Shown here: piece by piece, positions 24,451 to 35,324 of the stretch
Numbering within the stretch: the stretch's first letter is position 1
How the letters are laid out: each line of letters begins with the position of its first letter
Notes under the pieces: model-generated
What the model was told of the DNA's origin: nothing
Seen by the model: only the letters and a program-made list of their open reading frames with translations
The model's database searches: none
Translations under genes and position numbers: made by a program
From: Squalus acanthias
Taxonomy: Eukaryota
Reading direction: 5' to 3'
Length of the DNA: 64,000 nucleotides
Assembly (NCBI GenBank): GCA_030390025.1
Contig: CM059432.1
Span: 122,142,001 to 122,206,000 of the forward strand

Positions 24451-24875
24451 GGACCTGCAAGGAGTCGGCAGCAGCGAGGAGGCATAAATACAGCAGGGAG
24501 GCCGAGAACAGCGCGGACCTGCGAGGAGTCGGCAGCAGTGAGGTAACATAAATACAGCGGGAGGCCGAGAACAGCGCGGACCTGCGAGGAGTTGGCAGCA
24601 GCGAGGAGGAGGCATAAATACAGCGGGAGGCTGAGGACAGCGCGGACCTGCGAGGAGTCGGCAGCAGCGAGGAGGCATAAATACAGCGGGAGGCCGAGGA
24701 CAGCGCGGACCTGCGAGGAGTCGGCAGCAGCAGCGAGGAGGAGGCATAAATACAGCGGGAGGCCGAGGACAGCGCGGACCTGCGAGGAGTCAGCAGCAGC
24801 GAGGAGGAGGCATAAATACAGATGGAGGCCGAGGACAGCGCGGACCTGCGAGGAGTCGGCAGCAGCGAGGAGGCA
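24451..24875 (+). repeat. CR1 5' UTR tandem monomers, 63-69 bp, ~6.5 copies
   Basis: GGACCTGC unit starts at 24451, 24515, 24578, 24644, 24707, 24776 and 24842; each full unit contains CATAAATA. Confidence 0.9.
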
Positions 24876-24918
24876 GATGCAAATCCGGCGAATTCCAAAA
24901 GAACAGCAAAATCAAAGA

Positions 24919-25000
24919 GTGACGTCACAGGACTGCAGGAAACAGTCCGAGAGCTGTGAGCAGTCAAACAACAACTGCGAAACTGCTAAAGTGACGTCAC
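24919..25000 (+). promoter_or_regulatory. Two CRE palindromes in the CR1 5' UTR
   Basis: GTGACGTCAC at 24919-24928 and 24991-25000; function is inferred only. Confidence 0.45.
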
Positions 25001-25179
25001 AACCAGGGAAGTAGCTGATTGGTAAGTAGGACCTGGTGAGTATTTCTACAGTCCAGTCATTAAAGTAAAAGTAAGGTCTCTAGTTTAGAGTAAGTAGTGT
25101 TTAAAGGGGAGTAAGGTCCCTAGTGTATTTAATATTCTTTAATTTAAAGAAGTTAAAGGGAGTAAATTAAGGGTAGGAC

Positions 25180-26127
25180 ATGGCAGGGCAGCTCGGCTGC
25201 GTGGAGTGTTCCTTCTGTGCTATGTGGGAAGTCAGGGTCACTTTCGGTGTCCAGGGCGAACACATGTGCAGGAAGAGTCTCCAGCTGCAGCTACACGAAA
25301 TCCACGTTTCGGAGCTGGAGCTGCGGCTGGAGTCACTGTGGAGCATCCGTGAAGCTGAGATCTTCGTGGATAGCACGTTTAACGAGGTGGTCACACCGCA
25401 GGTAAAGAGTGCACAGGGAGACAGGGAATGGGTGACCGCCAGACAGAGTAAAAGAACTAGGAAGGTAGTGCAGGAGTCCCCTGGGTCCATCTCCCTCTCC
25501 AACAGATTTTCTGTTTTGGATACTGCTGGGGGAGATGATTTCTCAGGGGAATGCAGCAAGAGCCAAGTCTATGGCACAACGAGTGGCTCAGCTGCACAGG
25601 ACGGGAGGAAAAAGAGTGGGAGAGCAATAGTGATAGGGGATTCTATCGTAAGGGGAACAGATAGACGTTTCTGTGGCCGCAGATGTGACTCCAGGATGGT
25701 ATGTTGCCTCCCTGGTGCCAGGGTCAAGGATGTCACTGAACGGCTGCAGGGCATTCTGAAGGGGGAGGGCGAACAGTCAGAGGTTGTGGTTCACATTGGT
25801 ACCAACGACATAGGTAGAAAGAGGGATGAGATCCTGCAACAAGAATTTAGGGAGCTAGGTAGCAGGATAAAAAGCATGACCTCAAAGGTTGTAATCTCTG
25901 GATTACTACCGGTGCCACGTGCTAGTGAGTATAGGAATAGGAGGATAGAGCAGATGAATGCGTGGCTAAAGAGTTGGTGCAGGAGGGAGGGCTTTAGTTT
26001 CCTGGATCACTGGGTCTGCTTCTGGGGAAGGTGGGACCTGTACAAGTCGGACGGGTTGCACCTGAACTGGAACGGGACCAACATCCTTGCGAGGAGGTTT
26101 GCTAGTACTGATGGGGGGGAGGTTTAA
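25180..26127 (+). CDS. CR1 ORF1 protein: N-terminal zinc-finger-like region, coiled coil, SGNH/GDSL esterase domain
   Basis: 315-aa open frame; CSFC..MW..CRKS; VIGDSIVR, HIGTND and DGLHL esterase blocks. Confidence 0.88.
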   Translation: MAGQLGCVECSFCAMWEVRVTFGVQGEHMCRKSLQLQLHEIHVSELELRLESLWSIREAEIFVDSTFNEVVTPQVKSAQGDREWVTARQSKRTRKVVQESPGSISLSNRFSVLDTAGGDDFSGECSKSQVYGTTSGSAAQDGRKKSGRAIVIGDSIVRGTDRRFCGRRCDSRMVCCLPGARVKDVTERLQGILKGEGEQSEVVVHIGTNDIGRKRDEILQQEFRELGSRIKSMTSKVVISGLLPVPRASEYRNRRIEQMNAWLKSWCRREGFSFLDHWVCFWGRWDLYKSDGLHLNWNGTNILARRFASTDGGEV

Positions 26128-26236
26128 ACTAACTTGGCAGGGGGATGGGATACAGAGTGGAGCTATAGTAGAGGGTGATGCACAGCCAAATATAGAGGAA
26201 AAAACAGGTCAGCCTGGAAGGCAGAGCAAATATGTA

Positions 26237-29064
26237 ATGGCACAAGGGAGTATGGCAAGGCTGGATGGCATTTATTTTAATTCAAGGAGTCTTGCGAGTA
26301 AGGCAGATGAATTGAAGGTGTTGATGAACACATGGGAGTATGATGTTGTTGCTATCACAGAGACATGGTTGAGGGAGGGGCAGGACTGGTTGCTCAATAT
26401 TCTGGGATATAGAATCTTCAGGCGAGACAGAGGGGGGAGTAAAAGAGGAGGGGGTGTCGCAATATTAATCAAGGAGTCAATTACTGCTGTAAGGAGGTAT
26501 GATATCTTAGCAGGTTCCTCTAATGAGGCCATATGGGTAGAACTTAAAGACAAAAAGGGGGCAAGCACTTTGCTGGGAGTGTACTATAGGCCCCCAAACA
26601 GTCAGGGGGAGATAGAGGAACAGATATGTAGGCAAGTCTCAGAGAAGTGTAGAAATAATAGGGTAATAATAGTAGGGGATTTCAACTTCCCCAATATTAA
26701 CTGGGATAGTCAGAGTGTGAAAGGCTTAGAGGGTGCGGAATTCTTAAAGTGCATCCAGGAGAGCTATTTGAGCCAGCATGTAGAAAGTCCTACAAGAGAG
26801 GGGGCGGTACTGGACCTAATTCTAGGGAATGTAGCCGGGCAAGTGATTGAAGTGTCAGTAGGAGAGCATTTTGGTGACAGTGACCATAATTCGGTGAGAT
26901 TTAAGGTAGTCATGGAAAAGGACAAAGATGGACCAGAAATAAAGGTTCTAAATTGGGGGAAGGCCGATTTTAATATGATAAGGCAGGATCTGGCCAAAGT
27001 GGACTGGGATGAGCTACTTGTAGGAAATCTACATCAGAGCAGTGGGAGTCTTTCAGAAAGGGAATAGAGAGAGTACAACGCCAACATGTTCCCGTAAAGG
27101 TCAAGGGTGGGACCAACAAGCCCAGGGAACCCTGGATGTCAAGGGATATACAAGAATGGATTAGGGAAAAAAGGGAGGTTTTTGGCAGATACAAAGGACT
27201 AAAAACAGTGGAAGCCCTAGAGGAGTATAGAAAGTGCAGGGGGGTACTTAAAAAAGAAATTAGGAGAGCGAAGAGGGGGCATGAAAAAACACTAGTGGGC
27301 AAAATAAAGGAAAATCCCAAGGTGTTTTATAAGTATATTAAGGGCAAGAGGATAACCAGGGAAAGAGTAGGGCCCATTAGGGACCAAAGTGGCAATCTGT
27401 GTGTAGAGCCGGAAGATGTTGGTGAGATTTTAAATGAATATTTTGCATCTGTGTTCTCTGTGGAGAAGGACGATGTAGGCATAGAAATCAGGCAGGGCGA
27501 TTGTGATATACTTGAACAAATTAGTATTGAGAGGGAGGAGGTACTAACGGTTTTAGCGGGCTTAAAAGTGGCTAAATCCCCAGGCCCAGACTAGATGTAT
27601 CCCAGGCTGCTGTGTGAGGCAAGGGAGGAGATTGCAGGGGCTCTGACACAAATTTTCAGAACCTCTCTGGCCACAGGGGAGGTACCAGAGGACTGGAGGA
27701 CAGCTAACGTAGTATCATTATTCAAGAAGGGTAGTAGGGATAAACCAGGGAATTACAGGCCAGTGAGATTAACATCAGTGGTAGGGAAATTATTGGAAAA
27801 AATTCTGAGGGACAGATTTAGTCTCCACTTGGAGAGGCAAGGATTGATCAAGGATAGTCAGCATGGCTTTGTCAGGGGGAGATCATGTCTAACCAATTTG
27901 ATTGAATTTTTCGAGAGGGTGACTAGGTGTGTGGATGAGGGTAGTGCAGTTGATGTAGTCTACATGGACTTCAGTAAGGCTTTTGGCAAAGTCCCGCATG
28001 AGAGACTGGTCGAGAAGGTAAGAGCCCATGGGATCCAGGGCAATTTGGCACATTGGATCCAAAATTAGCTTAGTGGCAGGAGGCAGAGGGTGAAGGTCAA
28101 AGGTTGTTTTTGTGACTGGAAGCCTGTGTCCAGTGGTGTACCGCAGGGATCGGTGCTGGGTCCTTTGTTGTTTGTAGTGTATATTAATGATTTAGATATG
28201 AATGTAGGAGGTATGATCAGTAAGTTCGCAGATGAAACGAAAATTGGTGGAGTGGTAAATAGCGAGGAGGGAAGCCTCAGGCTACAGGACGATATAGACA
28301 GGTTGGTCAGATGGGCAGAACAGTGGCAAATGGAATTTAACCCTGAAAATTGTGAGGTGTTGCATTTTGGGAGGACTAACAAGGCAAGGGAATACACAAT
28401 GAATGGTAGGACCCTAGGAAGATCAGAGGATCAGAGGGACCTTGGTGTGCATGTACATAGATCCCTGAAGGCAGCAGGACAGGTAGACAATGTGGTTAAA
28501 AAGGTATATGGGATACTTGCCTTTATTCACCGAGGCATAGAATATAAGAGCAGGGAGGTTATGATGGAGCTGTACAAAACGCTAGTTAGGCCACAGCTGG
28601 AATACTGTGTGCAGTTCTGGTCGCCACACTATCGGAAGGATGTGATTGCATTGGAGAGGGTGCAGAGGAGACTCACCAGGATGTTACCTGGGCTGGAGCG
28701 CTTCAGCTATGAAGAGAGACTGGACAGGCTGGGGTTGTTTTCCTTAGAGCAGAGAAGGCTGAGGGGGGACCTGATTGAGATGTACAAAATTATGAGGGGC
28801 ATAGATAGGGTCGATAGAAAGGAACTTTTCCCCTTAGTTGAGGGGTCAATAACCAGGGGGCATAGTTTCAAGGTAAGGGGAAGGAGGTTTAGAGGGGATT
28901 TGAGGAAAAACTTTTTCACCCAGAGGGTGGTTGGAATCTGGAACTCACTGCCTGAAAGGGTGGTAGAGGCAGGAACCCTCACAACATTCAAGAGGCATTT
29001 AGATGAGCACTTGAAACGCCATAGCATACAAGGCTACGGACCAAGTGCTGGAACAAGGGATTAG
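26237..29064 (+). pseudogene. CR1 ORF2 (APE endonuclease + RT), one frameshift near 27030 and stops at 27592 and 28066
   Basis: ITETWL, YYRPP, GDFN, LDLIL, SDH; KSPGPD, NYRP, QHGF, GVPQGSVLGP, KFADE. Confidence 0.92.
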
Positions 29065-29144
29065 AATAGACAGGGCTTGATAGCCGGCGTGGACACGATG
29101 GGCCGAAGGGCCTCTTTCTGTGCTGTAAAACTCTATGACTCTTT

Positions 29145-30061
29145 GGGGGGAAAATTCAGTATCGCCACGTTTGGGGCGCAATTATCGGCTGGGCGCAAAG
29201 ATTAGCGCCTGGCGCTAATTATCGCCTCCAACTGCAAACTTGACTTTTATTGCCCCTGGAGGTGATTGGAGCGCTAAATCAGGTGCTACACATCTGTCTT
29301 ATGGCGCAAAGGCCGAGGAGCGAGGCGCTAACTCAGAGCGTTGGCGAAGCTCATGTGATGTCAGTCAGCAATGGAACACAGACACAATGGCGCGGGCCAG
29401 TTCTTAAAGGGGAGGGTTGATCTTGCTTTCCATCCACATCCTGCTCATTGCAGCCTTGAATCTTGGCCTGGAGAGACCTGTACATCAAATCTGCTGGAAA
29501 GAACAATGGAGAGGCCCAGGGAAAGAGCTCAGAGTGCAGCCCCCACAGTCTCTTCTAAATCGATACAAGGAAGGGCAAAACAAAATGAACCTACAAAGTG
29601 CTGCTCAGTACCCAAAACTCCTTCACACAGTGTTGAATCTCTCCAGATGTCTCTCTCTCTCTCTCTCTCAGAATGCGTGGTTCAAAAATGTCACCAACAA
29701 AAAAAGGCAGGAAGCGGTCGCCTTTAAATAGCGCTCCCCCAGTCCCTTCCTGACTGCAAAATGCTCCCCTCAACCTGTCGTTGCTAGCGGCAGGCGGTAA
29801 GGCAGGGGGCGCCACTCAATATCCGCTCCGGGGCGCTACCGGGGCGTTGCGCACTCGACTGACGTCATGATCTGCCGGCGCAGGAGATCGTGGCGGTACT
29901 GTTTAGCGCCGCTGCAAAATGTCTAATTAATTTCGCGAGCGGCACAAACATCGCCGCGCCCGGGCGCTAGTTGCTTTGCGCCCGGGCGCTAGTTGCTTTG
30001 AGCCCCATTAGCGCCCTCTTAAGGCGCTAATGGGAGGCGCAACCAACTGAATTTTTCCCCC
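29145..30061 (+). mobile_element. Harbinger-derived MITE (GGCGC-rich family), copy A
   Basis: 16-bp TIR GGGGGGAAAATTCAGT / ACTGAATTTTTCCCCC; flanks ttt/tat. Confidence 0.9.
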
Positions 30062-30072
30062 TATGACTCTAT

Positions 30073-30966
30073 GGGGTAAAAATTCAGTTGGTTGCGCCTC
30101 CCGTTAGCGCCTTAAGAGGGCGCTAATGGGGCGCAAAGCCGCTAACGCCCGGGCGCAGCGATGTTTGCGCCGCTCGGGAACTTAATTAGAGATTGTGCGG
30201 CGGCGCTAAACTTTACCGCTGCGACCACCTGCGCGCGCAGATTGTGACGTAATTCCATGGTGCAACGCCCTTGTGGCGCCCCGGAGCGGAAATTGAGTGG
30301 CGCCCCCTGCCTTACCGCCTGGCGCATCCAACGACCAGAAGACTGGAACGCTATCAATCGCTGTGGGGCTGGGGGGGGCGCTATTTAAAGGGGGCCTCTT
30401 CCTGTCTTTTATTGTTGGTGGCATTTTTGAACTACGCATTCTGAGAGAGAGAGGGAGAGACTTCTGGAGAGATTCAACGTTGTGTGAAGGAGTTTTTGGG
30501 TACTGAGCAGCACTTTGCAGGTTCATTTTGATTTGCCATTCCTTGTATTGAGTTAGCAGAGACTGTGGGAGCTGCACTCTGAGCTCTTTGCCTGGTACTC
30601 TCCATTGTTCTTTCCAGCACATTTGATGTGCAAGTCTCTCCAGGCCGAGATTCAAGGCTGCAATGAACAGGATGTGGATGGAAAGCAAGATTAACCATCC
30701 CCTTTAAGAACTGGCCCGTGCCATTGTGTGTGTGTTCCATTGCTGACTGACATTACATGAGCTTCGCCAGCGCTCTGAGTTAGCGCCTCACTCCTTGGCC
30801 TTTGCGCCTTAAGACAGGTGTACAGCACCTGATTTAGCGCTCCACTCACCTCCCAGGGCGGTAAAAGTGAAGTTTCCAGTCAGTGCCGATAATTAGCGCC
30901 AGGCGCTAATATTTGCGTCCAGATGATATTTGCGCCCCAAATGGGGCGCGACCTAATTTTTCCCCC
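30073..30966 (-). mobile_element. Harbinger-derived MITE (GGCGC-rich family), copy B, inverted
   Basis: TIR GGGGTAAAAATTCAGT / ACCTAATTTTTCCCCC; TAT target duplication. Confidence 0.9.
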
Positions 30967-31128
30967 TATGAGCGTCATCCCACCACCAAACACATTTTGC
31001 AGGTCTATTCAGCTTGTGAGTGTTTAAGCTGAGATCCATATGCACTGTGACCTCCTTGGAATATCCTCTGGCCACATTGACTCAGCGCTTATAACATCTC
31101 TTCCTCAACTGAGGTATATACCAGCAGA

Positions 31129-31962
31129 ATGAGAACCATTTATACCCTCTCATCCTGGTCCACAGAATCGGAGAAAGAGCAGCCATGGCAGCAGCAGAAC
31201 CGTCCACCACAGCTGCAGCAACAACAGGAGCGCCAAGCTTCTCCTCAGCCACCTGATGCTGCACAGGACAGAGGGCCTCAGCGCAGGGCTGCACCGCGCC
31301 GCAGGAGATACCCCCAACACAGGGTTTACAGGCCGAGGATGAGCTTCCTCAACATGAGTGAGCAGCAGTGCCAAAGGAGGCTGAGACTTTCACCAGAGGT
31401 AGTCACTGACATCTGCACAATGCTGCACCAAGATCTGGAGCCCAGAGGAGCGGGTGGACACTCCTTACCAGTGGCTGTCAAAGTCACCACCGCACTCAAC
31501 TTCTCTGCTTCAGGGTCTTTCCAGGGATCATCAGCAGACATCAGCGGCATCTCCCAGTTGGCCGCACACACTTGCATCACGCAGGTTACCGATGCGCTCT
31601 TTGCAAAGGCGCACAATTACATCCACTTCTCCATGGATGAAGCAAGTGTAACTGCGCGTGCAGTTGGCTTTGCAAATATGGCAGGCTTCTCAAGGGTGCA
31701 AGGCGTCGTAGACTGCACACATGTGGCAATTAGGGCACCCCATCACAACCCAGCTGTTTCTGTGAACCGCAAGGGCTTCCACTCCCTTAACATCCAGCTG
31801 GTGTGTAACCACAGGAAGAACATTATGCGTGTTTGTGCAAAGTACCCTGGCAGTTGCCATAACTCATTCATCCTGCAGCAGTCTACTGTGCCTCAACTCT
31901 TCAATCCACCAACCCAACTTTCCGGATGGCTACTTGAAGACAAGGGCTATCCCCTGCTTTGA
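31129..31962 (+). pseudogene. Harbinger (HARBI1-like) DDE transposase, C-terminally truncated
   Basis: [40 protein letters not shown] motifs. Confidence 0.9.
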
Positions 31963-32042
31963 CGCCTTTGGCGGGCATCCTCTGACTTTGGGAGCCTGGG
32001 AGGCCTCTTCAACAGTCTGCTCTCCTACGGCTGTGCAGGGGC

Positions 32043-33770
32043 TTAGACGGCCATCTCAGTTGGGTGAGGAATCTGGGGCTCTGACCAAGGGCTCCGCTGT
32101 GGCATGGTAGTGTGAGCGCTTGGAGAGGAGCCTACACTTCCTGGTTGTCGACCCCCAACATCCCTCTCATGGGTCACACGCACTTCACTGCTAGCAAGTG
32201 GCTGGAGAGCACCTTGCTGCACATCAGTGGGGCCATGAGGACCCGTCTCTGTACTGAAATTCCTCATAACAGGGACGTCCATGTACCTCTGGTTCCTCTC
32301 CTCAATAGATGCCCATCTATACTCCATATCAGACCATCTATTTAGAAGAGTTACCATGTTCATTTGAGTCTGTTGATTTATGTCCTCCATGGAGGTTGCC
32401 ATCCTTTCCATGGCGGCACTTACATTCACCATTGAGTGCACCACCGCATTGCTCATGTTTGACATGGACTCCTCCATTCTCTGCACACTCACAGTTACTG
32501 TGGATGCAAACCCTGTCAGAGACTCCGGCACATGTTCCTGAAGTTCCAGCACCGCTCTCTTTCTGGATGGCCCCATAGGCATAGGGTCCACATGCAGCTG
32601 AGCAGAGCTAGGAGCATCGTGTGATCTCCGACGAGGACTCTCCTCTGCTGTCCCTGCCTCCACCATCTGCTGATGGTCACTTGTGAGCTGTGATACACCA
32701 GGTGACAACACTACTCTATGTCGCGAGGGTCCCACCGAGGTGTGTGTCTCTGCGCTGGAGCTGGGTGCGCTGATTTCTGGTGACGCTGCTCCCTCAGAGG
32801 TTGCAGCTTCCTCTGAGGAGTCATACGGCTCTTCATCCTGGACAGTGGGGAGGGGGGCTCTCGATGGTCCTGTGGAGGAGTAAAGGCATGAGTTAGACAT
32901 GTGATATTTAGGTAGCAGACACATCCTATTGTGCGGATGATCAGAACTCAATCTGTATGAACATCAGATGCCATATCAGTCTTTCAGGAAATCTAAATGA
33001 GAGGGTTGCAAATCTATTCTGTCACCAGCTTACTCTAGTGCGCCCGTCTCTCCGTCCCCCACTTCCAGCTCCTCTGCACCTCCGACGGTCTCGATAGCAG
33101 CCTCTTCAGCATTTGTTAAATGCACCATGGAAGGTTGGCCTCCTCCTGTCCTGTCCATCTCCCTCTTCTTGTGGGCTCTCTTTCCCTTCAATGAGGGACA
33201 CAAGTGGAGTTTCAGCGAGATTGATCGAGTGAGTGTAGAGAATCCATAACATAGATGCTTAGAGGGAGACAAAGATGGAGTGAGGTGCCAATACCAAGGT
33301 CCCTCCCTGTGCCTTGTTAGTTGTTTTCATTGCGTAACAGTGAGAGCGAGAGTGAGGGGTGCATAGTAGAATAGTGAAGTGATTCTGTACATAGACAGAG
33401 AGGGATAGGAAAGGGTGCAAGGGAAGTAAGGGTAAGTTGGTATGTGGAGGACTAGGTTGACAATGCAGAGTGCTGGTGATGAGAAGAGATGGGAAGCAGA
33501 ATGAAGGTAAGTGTGATGTTATACTCACTTTTTCTGAGCATAGCAGATCATTGAACAGTTTTCGGCACTGGACCCAGGTATGTGAGCACAAGGACCTTGC
33601 GCTTACCTCCTCAGCAATTTGCAGCCAGGCTGCCTTTGTCTGCTAAGGATGCTTCATCTGGCCATCGAGAGAGAACAGAACATCCCTGCGGCCTCTTACT
33701 CCCTCCACAAGAGCATGGAGGGAGTCATCATCAAATCTCGGAGCAGCCTTCGATCTTGCAGCAGTCATTC
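32043..33770 (-). pseudogene. Harbinger Myb/SANT partner gene, 3 exons (~33770-33529, 33185-33026, 32870-32043)
   Basis: TWVQCRKLFNDL|gtgagt; ag|GKRAHKKREMDRTGGG; cag|GPSR; intron phases are compatible. Confidence 0.75.
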
Positions 33771-34037
33771 TCAGAGGACCTGTTTTCAGGAGCAGCATAA
33801 ACCAAATGAAATGCTATGGCTACATGGGCCCCTTAAAAGCTCCTGAATGGAAGACGTCAGCAGAGGCAAGCAGCACACCCGAACCCACTGATTGGGTCGG
33901 GTAGCGCGCACAGTGGGCTTAATAAGCCCAGTTAAATAAAAGTCATGATTTCAGAGTGGCTGAAGCCGGCAGCAAGACCGGAAGCCGCCGGCCACTCAAC
34001 CCGACTCCAACCCACCTCCGATGGGAAAATTGTGGAC

Positions 34038-34064
34038 TTCAGATCGATGACCTTCCATCAGAAC
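34038..34064 (-). other. Truncated, degenerate PLE hammerhead remnant abutting a Harbinger end
   Basis: Reverse complement gttctgatggaaggtcatcgatctgaa. Confidence 0.55.
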
Positions 34065-35324
34065 ATATTTTTGAATATTGCCCTTGTGTCTTGGTAGAAA
34101 GCATCATATTGCTCTTTGAAAAATGAATCATATTTGTACTTGATAGTGAACCTAGAGCTTCTTTCACAATAAGCTTTACCAAACTTTTTCTTCTCATTAC
34201 AGCAGTTTTGACAGATGTGCTTCTCTTTTTACGCTTTGATCTGAAACTCAAAGCCCAAACTTGGTTAAAAAAAATGTTAATTCATATTTAAAGCAGAAGG
34301 CTGTGGCTTGTTGGGATCAGAAGAAGCTTTCATGTTGAGTTTCTGCTAACCCTAAGTGAAACAAAGGTAGTTATCTCCCAAAAATCATTTTAGATATTTA
34401 AAGCTTCCCATTTTCAGCAGCTCTAATATGAGTCTTTGCAACATATTGGGTATATTTCACTATTCGATGCCAAAATATAATCTTGTAAAGGATATGTTCC
34501 CTACGTAACATGTATAGTTCTCCATTCAGTATGTATTTCATTATATGGCCTATTGTGATGTCTGAAAATGTGATGTTATGGTGCCTTGAAGATGCTTCCT
34601 CAGGCATTTCCAAACATTCTCTTCCAAACTGGTCACAAAGCAAGTAAAAATGGTGGATCTGAGATATTTTCGTGGTTCTTCCATTTGGTCAGCCATGTCC
34701 TTGCGCAAATCACAATTTTGAAAAATACTAGACCTTTGAGAAGTTATAAATTTCATGCATCAACATGGGAGATGTAACAAAAGAACAGAAATATTGACAA
34801 ATGTTTGAAAGTTGTTGAATTGAGCAAAAACTGAGGCGTAGAAATTCCGTGATGTAGCGTCAGCCCTTAAGGCCGGTTTTATTGAAAAAATGGCGGCCCC
34901 CTCGATTCTGCCCACTTCCGGAGCGGGACATGGCAACCACCATTTTGGTGAAGGCCATAGCGCTGCTGTTGACAGCACTGGCCCTCAAATTTAAATAAGC
35001 AGATCGTGATGACAATCGGCGTGCAATGCCTGGTTTGGCGCCACGAATGCTATTTTGGACGACACTGCATGCCATAATGCCATGTCCTGAATAAGCACAG
35101 AACAACGTGCATGAAAACAGCCCTGCAGAGATGCTGTCAGCGCTTCTTAAAGAGACAAACTCATCTCTCAGGTAAGTTTGGATTTCAGCTTTTGGACTTT
35201 TAAAAATATTTTATTGAAGTAGTGACTTGATGAAATACATTTAAAAAGTTGTTAAAGTGTGCAGGGAGTGCAGGGAGTGCTGCTGGATGCTTGCAAGGCT
35301 TTGGATGGTAAAAGAAGGCCTCTG

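Larger units (their letters stand above)
24440..29144 (+). mobile_element. Near full-length CR1 LINE
   Basis: 5' tandem repeats, ORF1, APE+RT ORF2, 3' UTR and (CTCTATGA)n tail. Confidence 0.95.
30970..34037. mobile_element. PIF/Harbinger transposon, left end missing, internal deletion near 31960
   Basis: Transposase on +, three-exon Myb gene on -, right end GGGAAAATTGTGGAC. Confidence 0.88.

Noticed and set aside
24413..25014. Repetitive ORFs on both strands (184, 140 and 105 aa) and a CRISPR-like look
   Set aside because: By-products of GC-rich units whose lengths are mostly multiples of 3; no unique spacers, no cas genes, eukaryotic context.
29956..30000. 22-bp tandem duplication in MITE copy A
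   Set aside because: Copy-specific slippage absent from copy C; no sign of function.
31129..31962. Host HARBI1 gene
   Set aside because: Truncated after DKGYP, fused to the Myb gene end and embedded in a transposon; not the domesticated gene.
34039..34780. Several 60-80 aa ORFs in unique DNA
   Set aside because: No domain motifs or consistent splice signals.
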